From: Candidatus Heimdallarchaeota archaeon
GTDB lineage: Archaea; Asgardarchaeota; Heimdallarchaeia; Heimdallarchaeales; Kariarchaeaceae
Reading direction: 5' to 3'
Length of the DNA: 32,000 nucleotides
Assembly (NCBI GenBank): GCA_030149205.1
Contig: JASBSB010000006.1
Location: 330,001 to 362,000, forward strand
In this document: positions 9,726-18,734 of the stretch, one piece after another
Layout of the letters: every line of letters starts with the position of its first letter
Numbering within the stretch: the first letter of the stretch is position 1
Position numbers and translations under genes: made by a program
Notes under the pieces: generated by a model
Told to the model about the DNA's origin: nothing
The model's database searches: none
The model's input: the letters and a program-made list of their open reading frames with translations, nothing else

Positions 9726-10685
9726 TCAAAGCTCTCCTTTTATCCTCTCTAGCTTTCTTTTGAGTCTCCCATTTCTTAGCAATCGACGGTTCGATGAGGA
9801 ATTCAACTCATTGTGAATGTTATTGTTGGGAGGTAAAAATTTCACATACTCTGGATAGAGTCTCCGAAGCTCTGATCGCTCGTCCTGATTAAAATTCTGA
9901 GAACTCAACATAGGGGCAATGATTCTCTCGTCCCCAGTTTCAAGAAACCACAGGATATGTTCAAAAGAGAGCGTCTGAATCAATACCAATGTTAACCAAA
10001 AACTTTTACGATCCCAATGCTTGATAAATTCCAAGACATCATCTGAAAAATCCTGATAGTGTGCTAGGTCATAATAAAATTCAGCAAATCCTCTATCTTT
10101 AAACATCCTGAGAATAAGGTCTTCTGGAAGAACCTGATAATAAATTAATTCCCTTAAATCAATTTTACTGTCAAAATACTCTCTCAAGAGACTATCAGGT
10201 AGTGGTTGATTTCTGATGATCAGTTCATCGAGAGTGACCCCAACCCCCCAGTTTTGCCTCTTTAGCACCTTTCTGATATTCTGCTCATTCAATGCCTGAA
10301 ATTCCACTAAAGAGTAAAGGTTCCAATCATCCGTCTCAGTATCGATCACATAGGAAAGCTGAGTTTGACTTAACCAGAGATTGGACACCAAAAAGCCCCT
10401 CGCTGTCTTTAACTCATCCTCATGTAAACATCGCTCGATCATTGTCTGAGGAATCTCCTTAACCTCCAACAACCATTCACTCATATCAGGGTCATCGTTC
10501 AGGAGGACTTCAATCATCTGGACCTCGGTTAATACCTGATATTCTAATACATCCATCAATACATTCCGATCAGAAGATGCAATAAGGTCATCTATAAGTG
10601 ATGGTGGAAGTTTCTCTGTTTTGGCAATCTCCTGTTGTTCAGACAGATCAGCAGACAAAAATCGCTGCATCACATCATCAGACAT
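9726..10685 (-). CDS. Acidic alpha-helical repeat protein (about ten 24-30 aa repeats)
   Basis: Recurring hhxxQxLxxxxh unit (VLEYQVLTE, LVEFQALNE, IIRNQPLPD, LIYYQVLPE, LAHYQDFSD, LVLIQTLSF). ATG 10685 preferred; TTG 10706 is an alternative start. Confidence 0.8.
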   Translation of the reverse strand: MSDDVMQRFLSADLSEQQEIAKTEKLPPSLIDDLIASSDRNVLMDVLEYQVLTEVQMIEVLLNDDPDMSEWLLEVKEIPQTMIERCLHEDELKTARGFLVSNLWLSQTQLSYVIDTETDDWNLYSLVEFQALNEQNIRKVLKRQNWGVGVTLDELIIRNQPLPDSLLREYFDSKIDLRELIYYQVLPEDLILRMFKDRGFAEFYYDLAHYQDFSDDVLEFIKHWDRKSFWLTLVLIQTLSFEHILWFLETGDERIIAPMLSSQNFNQDERSELRRLYPEYVKFLPPNNNIHNELNSSSNRRLLRNGRLKRKLERIKGEL

Positions 10686-11112
10686 GAACCTCAAAATGAA
10701 AACCAATACTTAAAGATTCTGAGGAAGGAATAAATCTATCCTCAAAGGCATTGTACTGATAGACTCAACCCCAGTTTAGAATTCACCCTAAATCAGCCTT
10801 ATTTCATCAAAACTATTCATTTTCTATTCTGTTTAAGGTCACCTTATTATGGTAAATGAGCATCATAAGATTTGAAATAAAAGTCATCCCCTTGGAAAGA
10901 ATTATTGAAAAGTAGAAATCCATTCTTGTACAGTACAGAAAATAGTTATATTTGAATAGGTGAGAGACAGGATTATTCTAAGACCAATAATTTTTATAGA
11001 GTGAGAATATCAATGGTTAATCGTCAGTTTTCATTGAAAGAAGTTGTTGATTCTTAAGAACAATAGTACTTATCTTTATATTACACAAGTATCACATTAT
11101 TTGTATCAATAG

Positions 11113-11865
11113 ATGGTTGACCTAATCTCTGGATTCATCGTAGGGGGTACCTTTCTTATTGGAGGTTATATTTTCCTGCTGTATTACAGGCTCAGAATGG
11201 TAGAATTTCTTCTTTTAAGTATAGCGTTCATACTCACTTCTTTGAATCTTCTTATTGTAATAACATCTGATTTTACTGGTTTTGACTTTTACCTCTTGTT
11301 GAGTATAGTTTATATCAGTTTTATTCTTCTGTTTGTGGCATTCTGGTACATTTCTGGCTTTTCCCTTCCCTGGTGGGTTACTGGAGTCTTCCTACTGGGA
11401 GTCACATATCTCACCCTTTTAAGCCTGAATTCCAGGGCAGACCTATTATTTCCCCTCTACAACGCAAGAACACCCTACATGAAACTGATAATGACATCTC
11501 TCTCAATTTATGGACTCGTGTCATTTCTTTGGTTAGATGTCTCAGGAATGGATGATAAAATTGTCAGAGTAAAGTGGCTATGGGTATTTGTATTTACTAT
11601 AAGCCTCTTTTCAATGATTGGAAGCTTCGTCATTCCCTCCGAAATTTGGCTGTATCCTGTAGCTCTTATTATACCAATACTGGCTTATCTCATAGGAATT
11701 GCACCTGAGGGGCTCCTCTTCTCAAAACCACGGTTGATCGTTGTTTTGATTGCCTACCGCACAATGATCGATAAAGAGCGATTGAAAAAGAGTAACATTT
11801 TTCAGATAGATTACCTAGAATACATCAACAGGGTACAAAAAACAATACTATTAGAGGGTGAATAA
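11113..11865 (+). CDS. Hypothetical 7-TM membrane protein with short cytoplasmic tail
   Basis: 250 aa; seven hydrophobic segments, the last ending IAPEGLLF; no recognisable catalytic domain. Confidence 0.75.
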   Translation: MVDLISGFIVGGTFLIGGYIFLLYYRLRMVEFLLLSIAFILTSLNLLIVITSDFTGFDFYLLLSIVYISFILLFVAFWYISGFSLPWWVTGVFLLGVTYLTLLSLNSRADLLFPLYNARTPYMKLIMTSLSIYGLVSFLWLDVSGMDDKIVRVKWLWVFVFTISLFSMIGSFVIPSEIWLYPVALIIPILAYLIGIAPEGLLFSKPRLIVVLIAYRTMIDKERLKKSNIFQIDYLEYINRVQKTILLEGE

Positions 11866-12290
11866 TGGATAGTCCTATCAATTGGGAACCTTCAATCCAA
11901 AAGAATAAAAGAAATATACTCGAGAGACACATCCACAAACACTAGCATGAGGATCCTATAGGCACAACCTATACACTCAACACAAAGCACAACCATGACA
12001 AAAGAATTTTAACAGTCACTCAATTCATGATAAGGCGGATAAAATTCCTTGGGTTAAGAGAAGGACAATTGAAGTTGATTACATCTCCCTACTCTTAAAG
12101 TCAAAATAATTAATCGATCTACAAAAGAGAACCGTTCATTTTTCAAAGTCGATGTTAACAACAACGCCCCTAACAAGCCTGAAAGCCTACCCAATTATTA
12201 TAAAAGCCGACCAAATTATCATACTTTACGAGGTTTCATAACCTTAAGCTAAAGGATTCAATATTATCAGTGGCTAAAGGAGGAGATAAT

Positions 12291-13346
12291 TCATTTGTTA
12301 GTAGGAACGATAGCTAAATCTAGGGGTTTTTTGTTAGGTTGATAGGAAGAGTCATTGATTCTCGATGCGATCTCACGCACAGCGATACCTGCATGCTCCC
12401 GACCATTCTCAATGAAGATAGAGTTCGTGAATTTCCCAAATCCGACAGACCCGACTAGGAACAGACCATCAATGTTAGACTCAAAGCACTCCGTTAGATT
12501 GACCCGACCTGTCTCATCATCTGTATCCAATGAAAAGTTCTTCAATAATCCCAAATTTGGTCTAAAACCCGTAAGAATAAATGTGAAATCTGATTCAACT
12601 TTATCCTCTTTACCATCCTTTTCGAAATAAACGTACTGGTTGTCAATCTTTGTCACTCTAGCGGACATAATCGCGTTAATAGAACCCTCCGCAATTCTGT
12701 TAAGAAGATCAGGTGCCACCCAGTACTTTATTGTTGCTTTCACTTCCGGATGATTGTGCAACACTGTCACTTCAGCTCCATATCGATACAACTCCAGAGC
12801 AGCCTCAGCGCCTGAATTTCCAGCACCAATAATGGTCACCTTGTTCTTGAAAAATGGGTGCGGACTTGTAAAATAATGGCTGGTGTTATCTCCAAACTCT
12901 CCAGGAATACCGCCCAACCCCCTAGGAGTATCAAAGTACCCAGTTGCAAGTATGATGAATCGTGATTGTAGGCGTTTTTCAACAATTTTTCCAAAGCGTC
13001 GCTGGTTTAAAACGATTGTAAACTCATTAGCACTATTATCGATAATATCGATGACCTCAGTGTTCAGACGTATATCTAACGACTCCCTTTGAGCTATTAA
13101 TCGATAATAGTCTAGCGCGATCTGACGGGTAGGTTTGGTTAATGTTGACGGGAATGGGTGCCCACCAATTTCAAGAAGATCAGCTGTAGTAAAGAACGTC
13201 ATATTTTCCGGGAATTTATAGATGGAATTCGTCAGAACACCCCGCTCCACAACCAGGTAATTAATACCCATTCGCTTGGCATAGATCGCAGCAGATAACC
13301 CCACAGGTCCTGCCCCAACTATGAGTAAATCGATTGTTTGCACCAT
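12291..13346 (-). CDS. ypdA: YpdA/Bdr family FAD-dependent NADPH disulfide reductase (bacillithiol disulfide reductase-like)
   Basis: GAGPVG FAD site; NSIYKFPENMTFFTTADLLEIGG, PTRQIALDYY, ATGYFD, SHYFTSPHPF, IGAGNSG, FIENGREH all fit the YpdA family; no CxxC. Confidence 0.9.
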   Translation of the reverse strand: MVQTIDLLIVGAGPVGLSAAIYAKRMGINYLVVERGVLTNSIYKFPENMTFFTTADLLEIGGHPFPSTLTKPTRQIALDYYRLIAQRESLDIRLNTEVIDIIDNSANEFTIVLNQRRFGKIVEKRLQSRFIILATGYFDTPRGLGGIPGEFGDNTSHYFTSPHPFFKNKVTIIGAGNSGAEAALELYRYGAEVTVLHNHPEVKATIKYWVAPDLLNRIAEGSINAIMSARVTKIDNQYVYFEKDGKEDKVESDFTFILTGFRPNLGLLKNFSLDTDDETGRVNLTECFESNIDGLFLVGSVGFGKFTNSIFIENGREHAGIAVREIASRINDSSYQPNKKPLDLAIVPTNK

Positions 13347-13500
13347 ACTTGATCATAAGACGAGAAAAATATAAGAACAATGATAGAAACAGAAGAAAAC
13401 GATGAATACCCATCAAATTAAATTTCTAACCATTGCAGATATTCAGCTCATAAAACCACCAAATTAAAAAAAGATAAATTGAAGACCCCACCAATATTTA

Positions 13501-13661
13501 ATCAATAATTATCGATAAATATCGACATTAATATCAATATACACACTTCAATGACCTCAAAAAAATGACCCCCTAATCCACCCCCAAAGTTTGCCGAAGC
13601 CTAACACTACTGCCGATACACTATTATCGATTATATCGATAGTATTGTTGCCGAAATCGAT
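13501..13661. repeat. Cluster of ATCGAT/ATCRAY hexamers in the ypdA / cassette-1 divergent spacer
   Basis: ATCAAT 13501, ATCGAT 13511, ATCGAC 13521, ATCAAT 13533; ATCGAT 13626, 13635 and 13656; inverted repeat TATCGAT-TAT-ATCGATA at 13625-13641. Confidence 0.5.
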
Positions 13662-13749
13662 AAAAACAAGTTTTGAACAAACACATTTCCGATACAGGGT
13701 TTAAGCCAGATCCATCGCAACCAAAAAAATTTAATTATTGCAACGAGAT

Positions 13750-13790
13750 TTTTTACATACATTTGCCCTCCGGACAAAAACTTTATTAAT
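13750..13790 (+). promoter_or_regulatory. Promoter of cassette 1: TTTTTACATACATTT upstream element plus TATA box TTTATTAAT
   Basis: 15-mer at 13750-13764 and TATA at 13782-13790, 32 bp before the ATG at 13814. The same elements with the same spacing occur before cassette 2. Confidence 0.65.
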
Positions 13791-13813
13791 CTATTTTCCG
13801 TTTTTTTAGCTAA

Positions 13814-14881
13814 ATGAAGAGAAAAATCGTCCTTCAAGCCACAACCCTATTATTTCTGTTAATTCTGATGTCAATGCCTCTTCCAACCTCAGGAGTGATA
13901 ACTGTTGGGTGGAAGAGGGGGGACAAGTTCAAGCTAACAGGTTACAATTCAGTTGTGACTAATAATTCTCTTAATGGTGTAACAGTGAGTAATGGTCAGA
14001 ACATCATTACTTTAAATGAGAACTACCGAATTAATGACGTTTCTAAGGTCTCCCAATCGATAGTATTTTCTCGACCACCCTATAATTATGTGAACGAATT
14101 AAATACGAGTTATTCCTTGTCTACTTTTGAAGACGTATTCTTATCAAATTTCGGATTAACAAATGACTCATCTTGGCATTACTATTACCTTTTTCAACCT
14201 AATTTTCTGAGCCCTTCTGATTTTAGTCCCTACCTGAAATCTCGCTATATTTATTTACTATTATTTGTTAAACCAGATTGGCAGAAGATAGGTGAAAATT
14301 TAAGTTATCATTTCAATGCTAAATTAAAACCTAACAACTCAAACAGCTCTTCTGCATTATATAACGTATTTACAGCTCCAAATTCATCCTTTGTTTTTTG
14401 TGGAGCAACTACCCCTTCAGACATTCAAAAAGTTTTGAATCAGGATAGAAGATCTTGGAATTATAAATTTAATACTAAAGTTAAAACTAAAACAACTGAT
14501 AAAAATAAACAGGCCCTCATTGATTTTTCCTATTCATTTGATTTGAAGTACACTAAATCTGGAATGCTGGATTCTTATAAATACACTCAAATCGAAAAGA
14601 CAACCATGGATACCAGTGTCTCATCAGCTCTACCTCCGGGAAACTTGACAACAACTGTTCCTCAGTTAAAGATTTCTGTAGTGAAGGAAATTGGATTGAT
14701 AAGACTAAATGGTAGCTCTATGGCAACTGATAGCTACTCAGGGATTTTAAATTTATTGGGTAGTTTAAACCATCTAGATGTTGGCTCACTTGTTAGTCTA
14801 TTGGTGACTGTTGGTTTAATAGTTATTTTGATGAGGGTTCGTAAAAGGTTTCCAGGAAAAATAAAGAGGGTAATTGAGTGA
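13814..14881 (+). CDS. Secreted, C-terminally anchored surface protein, subfamily A copy 1
   Basis: Signal peptide; WKRGDKF, LFVKPDW, FCGAT, FDLKY motifs; several N-X-S/T sequons; C-terminal TM followed by RKRFPGKIKR. Confidence 0.85.
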   Translation: MKRKIVLQATTLLFLLILMSMPLPTSGVITVGWKRGDKFKLTGYNSVVTNNSLNGVTVSNGQNIITLNENYRINDVSKVSQSIVFSRPPYNYVNELNTSYSLSTFEDVFLSNFGLTNDSSWHYYYLFQPNFLSPSDFSPYLKSRYIYLLLFVKPDWQKIGENLSYHFNAKLKPNNSNSSSALYNVFTAPNSSFVFCGATTPSDIQKVLNQDRRSWNYKFNTKVKTKTTDKNKQALIDFSYSFDLKYTKSGMLDSYKYTQIEKTTMDTSVSSALPPGNLTTTVPQLKISVVKEIGLIRLNGSSMATDSYSGILNLLGSLNHLDVGSLVSLLVTVGLIVILMRVRKRFPGKIKRVIE

Positions 14882-15855
14882 TGAAATCAAGAAATTCAAT
14901 AAGTTTCAGCGTTTTGAAAAAAAGATGGTTGATTTCTTTAATTTTATGTTGCTATTTGGTTACATCTATACAGGTTATCTCAGTGGTTGGTCAAAATTTT
15001 CCCGCAGTAAAGATTGGGGACAGGTTTTCTTTTATATCTGAGTCCTATAAATCTAAAACTACCTCTTCACCCTTAAATAAGACAAGTAAGTCACAGAAAG
15101 ACATCTATGTAAACGAGGCAAACAGTTCATATCCATTTAAAGTAAGTGAGATATCAGGAAACAAAATATCAGTGCTTTATCCCAATCAACAGAGGGGCAC
15201 ATATGATGATTCAGTCTCCACCTTCGTTGACAGGTTTCTATCTGGTTTCCTTGCCTGGAGGGTCCTTTATCAGGCGACTGGATCCCCTTTATCAGTCGCC
15301 TTATATTCACCTCTGAATCCATCGCTGTTTGTCCAACCTGACTGGAAGACTATTGCTGGTGAGCTTTCTCGAAGATTGAATGGGACATATGACCTCAAGG
15401 GGATATACCCAACTACAAATTTGACAACTATATTAAATTCAGTCAATTCATTTAACCTGTTCGGTGCGACGAGTTCGTCTCAACTTCCTCAAAAGCTTAA
15501 TGAGCTTCGCAATTATTTTAGGTATACTTTTAACTATACAACCAGAGAATTGTATTTACCTATAAAACAGAGGTCACTGGTATTTGAGTTGAAATATAGT
15601 ATTGGTGGAATTCTTGAGCACTTGAAGACTTTTGAAACAATTTCTTATGACAATTATGGAAGTAAGGTTCTTGAAGTGAACTCTCGTATATTTAAACTTG
15701 TTAAATCCGTTTCCAATTCTCTGTCCCTCCCCAAATTCTCAATCAAAAGTTTAATTGTTATAAATTTTTTCAACCTATTGATTTTGATAGCAATCTTCAG
15801 GTCAAAGAGAAGAAAAATTGAGATTGAGGAAGTTAAGATTGAGGACACCAAATGA
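14878..15855 (+). CDS. Secreted, C-terminally anchored surface protein, subfamily B copy 1
   Basis: Start (GTG 14878 or ATG 14881) overlaps the A1 stop; VKIGDRF, LFVQPDW, LFGATS, FELKY; C-terminal TM NLLILI and basic tail. Confidence 0.85.
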   Translation: MMKSRNSISFSVLKKRWLISLILCCYLVTSIQVISVVGQNFPAVKIGDRFSFISESYKSKTTSSPLNKTSKSQKDIYVNEANSSYPFKVSEISGNKISVLYPNQQRGTYDDSVSTFVDRFLSGFLAWRVLYQATGSPLSVALYSPLNPSLFVQPDWKTIAGELSRRLNGTYDLKGIYPTTNLTTILNSVNSFNLFGATSSSQLPQKLNELRNYFRYTFNYTTRELYLPIKQRSLVFELKYSIGGILEHLKTFETISYDNYGSKVLEVNSRIFKLVKSVSNSLSLPKFSIKSLIVINFFNLLILIAIFRSKRRKIEIEEVKIEDTK

Positions 15856-16498
15856 CAGGTTTTTAACTTATTGACCTTAGATATAAGCTTAGATTTCAAC
15901 TGACGAATAAAATTGCTAAAACCTACCTGTTTCAGTTGAGAATTGTGTGAATTCACCCATGCTGATGGTTAATGGATAGGAGCATGCTTCTGATTTTATT
16001 GTTAGCAGCATCCTTTTTTATTAACTTATCACACTATTTTATCCTAAAAATAGCCGAAATTACAGATGAGATCTCTTGTTTTAATTCTCTCAAAGGAGTA
16101 TTGAATTATTCTCTGTATTAAAGGTGGTTAACAAATATTGTTGTTGCACTTGTTACAATTGTTTTGACTCTGCTTTTTTATGGTTTCTAAGTATTCAATT
16201 AGAGCCTTACTAACAAAAAATTGCCTACCTTAAGTTATCTCTTCAAACATCATAATACAAAAAGCGATATTTTCAAGAACTATTTTAGAATTAAATATAA
16301 ATTAAAAGCAACCTCCTTAAATTTGATATTGATAATATAAGGTAGAGGAGAAAAATAATTAGGATTAGATGAATCATTTGTAAAAATTCTAAAGTTAAAA
16401 CCTTCATATTTTTTTTATTTGGATAATCAATACAGGGGTTGAACCCACATGCTCTATTATCCCCAGTATATTTTGTTGAAAATTATTTTTTGTCGTAA

Positions 16499-16539
16499 TT
16501 TTTACATACATTTATTTAAAATACATAGCATTTATTAAT
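16499..16539 (+). promoter_or_regulatory. Promoter of cassette 2: TTTTTACATACATTT upstream element plus TATA box TTTATTAAT
   Basis: 15-mer at 16499-16513 and TATA at 16531-16539, 31 bp before the TTG at 16562; same 32-bp offset between the two elements as in cassette 1. Confidence 0.65.
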
Positions 16540-16561
16540 GCTTCATAATTATTTTACCTAA

Positions 16562-17620
16562 TTGAAAAGAAGATTTATATGTAGTGGCTTAGTTTTTTTA
16601 GTCCTTATGATTCTGGTATCATCCCTTGTTTCCACCTCAGGTGCAACAACAGTAAGTTGGAAGAAAGGGGATCAGTTTCGCCTCCTAGGGTATTACTCTT
16701 CTGAACAGAAAACCACCCTTAAGAATCAGCCTTCAAGCAATGATTATACTGAGATTACTTTAAGCGAGGATTATATCATAAAGAACATATCTGAGACTTC
16801 CAAAACAATAACCCTCTCTCGCTCTCCCTATACCTCTTCAAAGGGGCTGTCTTGGAGTTATTCCAAAATGTGGTTTGAAAGTTTGTTTCTTACAAGTTTT
16901 GGTTTAAGAAATAGCCTACTTGGTATCACATATCTTGGCACACTGTTTCTGAGGTCAACTGATTTATATCCTTCAAGTGGCTCTCACTTTTGGAATTTGC
17001 GTTTATTTGTAGAACCGGATTGGTCAGGGATAGGTAGCTATCTGAGTGAACAATTCAGTGCTGAAATGAATAAAATAGTAGGTGGGACTGATTCGTTATC
17101 TCAGAAACTTACCAGACCTCAAACTGCCTTTAATTTTTGTGGGGCAACAAAGCCTTCAGATATACCCAAGGTTTTAAATCAAACAAGAACCTCCTGGGAT
17201 TTTAAAATTAGCACTAAACTAAATGATACTCAAGGTGTAACTGTATACTTTTTTTCCTTTGATTTGAAATACAGATTAGATGGGAGATTGGAGTCTTTCA
17301 GTTTCAAACGGTCTTTGAAGTTTTCCAAGACCATCAGTGTCGCACCATCTCTCCCTCCTGGAAACTCTACTGTGACCCCACCTATCACAAGTATTCCTCT
17401 CTCTGAGGTTAAGAGTACAGATGAAGTTGGATGGGTTAGTTTAAATGGAAATCCACCTGGTTCAGATGCCTTCTCAGGAATTTTTAGGTTCCTGAGTGGG
17501 TTAAGCACCCTTGATGTTGCCTCACTTGGGAGCCTTGTAATGACTGGTGGATTACTGGTGATTTTACTGAAGGTTAGGAAAAGATTTCCAGGTAAAATAA
17601 AGAGGTTGAACGATTTATGA
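16562..17620 (+). CDS. Secreted, C-terminally anchored surface protein, subfamily A copy 2
   Basis: TTG start MKRRF, matching A1 MKRKI; WKKGDQF, LFVEPDW, FCGAT, FDLKY, LPPGN linker; TM followed by RKRFPGKIKR. Confidence 0.85.
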   Translation: MKRRFICSGLVFLVLMILVSSLVSTSGATTVSWKKGDQFRLLGYYSSEQKTTLKNQPSSNDYTEITLSEDYIIKNISETSKTITLSRSPYTSSKGLSWSYSKMWFESLFLTSFGLRNSLLGITYLGTLFLRSTDLYPSSGSHFWNLRLFVEPDWSGIGSYLSEQFSAEMNKIVGGTDSLSQKLTRPQTAFNFCGATKPSDIPKVLNQTRTSWDFKISTKLNDTQGVTVYFFSFDLKYRLDGRLESFSFKRSLKFSKTISVAPSLPPGNSTVTPPITSIPLSEVKSTDEVGWVSLNGNPPGSDAFSGIFRFLSGLSTLDVASLGSLVMTGGLLVILLKVRKRFPGKIKRLNDL

Positions 17621-18612
17621 GCACCAGAAATTCAAGAGATATTAATCTTACTAGATCGAACAGAAAAGGTGTACTTACATTGTTCTTGTGTTTATATCTG
17701 GTCGCATCTGCACCATTTGGTTCAGTAGTTGCTCAGGACACGCCCCCAGTGATGATTGGAGACAGTTATAATTTCATCTCTCAGACCTCCAGTTCTTATA
17801 CTTCAGTGTCACCTGCAACTAATTCAAGCAAATCACAGACGGTAGTGTACAACGAGTTGAGAAACAGTTCTCAATCCTTTAACATTAGTGGGATAACAAA
17901 TACAAAGATTTTGGCACTTTATCCTAATTTTCAAAGGTTTTCTTACGATTACTCAGTCTCATCAGTTGTTGACAGATTTCTCTCACAGTTCCTAGCCATT
18001 CATACCTACTTATCTATTCCTGGAGTACCCTCATCAATTTTCTTATATTCACCTCTGGTCACCTTTAACAATCCTGAACTATTGTTTGTCAGACCTGACT
18101 GGGTCGCTATTGCTGGGGAGCTCTCTCAAAGGTTAAATGCTGGGTTTATACTAAAGGGACAGTATTTCAATTTAACCTTGGGTAATCTGACAAATTCTGT
18201 CAATTCATTTGACCTGTTTGGTGCAAAGAGTATTTCTCAATTAGCTCAAAAGCTTCGTGGGCTTGTCAATTTTTACAGATATGCATTTAACTACACTGTG
18301 CATTCCTCAAACATTGAGAATCGATCCTTTGTATTTGAACTCAAGTATTCTGATAAGGGGATCCTTGAATATATGAGCACTGTTGAAACAGTCTCATTTG
18401 AAGTTCAGGGAAACAAGGTTCTAAGGGTGAATTCTGTAGTATTAAGTCTGGGTAAATCAGTGAACACAGCCAATCCAGTACCAAATCCAATCTTTTCGTC
18501 TTTAACTTTTTTTGGTATAACTCTTCTCAACCTCTTGATATTGATAACAATACTCTGGTCATTGAAACGAAAAACTAAGGTCGTGGAAGTTGGGGTGGAA
18601 GATATCAGATGA
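17617..18612 (+). CDS. Secreted, C-terminally anchored surface protein, subfamily B copy 2
   Basis: ATGA overlap with A2; VMIGDSY, LFVRPDW, LFGAKS, FELKY; TM NLLILI and KRK tail. Confidence 0.85.
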   Translation: MSTRNSRDINLTRSNRKGVLTLFLCLYLVASAPFGSVVAQDTPPVMIGDSYNFISQTSSSYTSVSPATNSSKSQTVVYNELRNSSQSFNISGITNTKILALYPNFQRFSYDYSVSSVVDRFLSQFLAIHTYLSIPGVPSSIFLYSPLVTFNNPELLFVRPDWVAIAGELSQRLNAGFILKGQYFNLTLGNLTNSVNSFDLFGAKSISQLAQKLRGLVNFYRYAFNYTVHSSNIENRSFVFELKYSDKGILEYMSTVETVSFEVQGNKVLRVNSVVLSLGKSVNTANPVPNPIFSSLTFFGITLLNLLILITILWSLKRKTKVVEVGVEDIR

Positions 18613-18734
18613 TAATCTGTAGACCTTTTAACCCTATATCTTCAGATGAAAACGGATGTAAAAGAAGTTATAATGCGCGAAAACAAACTGGTGTGTCGTA
18701 AAATATTTAAGCTTTTTACCAATTATAAAATTAT

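Noticed and set aside
13631-13837. 68-aa minus-strand ORF in the ypdA / cassette-1 spacer
   Set aside because: It overlaps the A1 start and promoter in antisense and has no motif or start context.
15654-15956. 100-aa minus-strand ORF at the end of B1
   Set aside because: Two thirds is antisense to the B1 coding sequence; no independent support.
16433-16450. GGGTTCAACCCC on the minus strand resembling a tRNA T-arm
   Set aside because: No acceptor stem, D-arm or anticodon arm could be folded around it; the flanks are very AT-rich.
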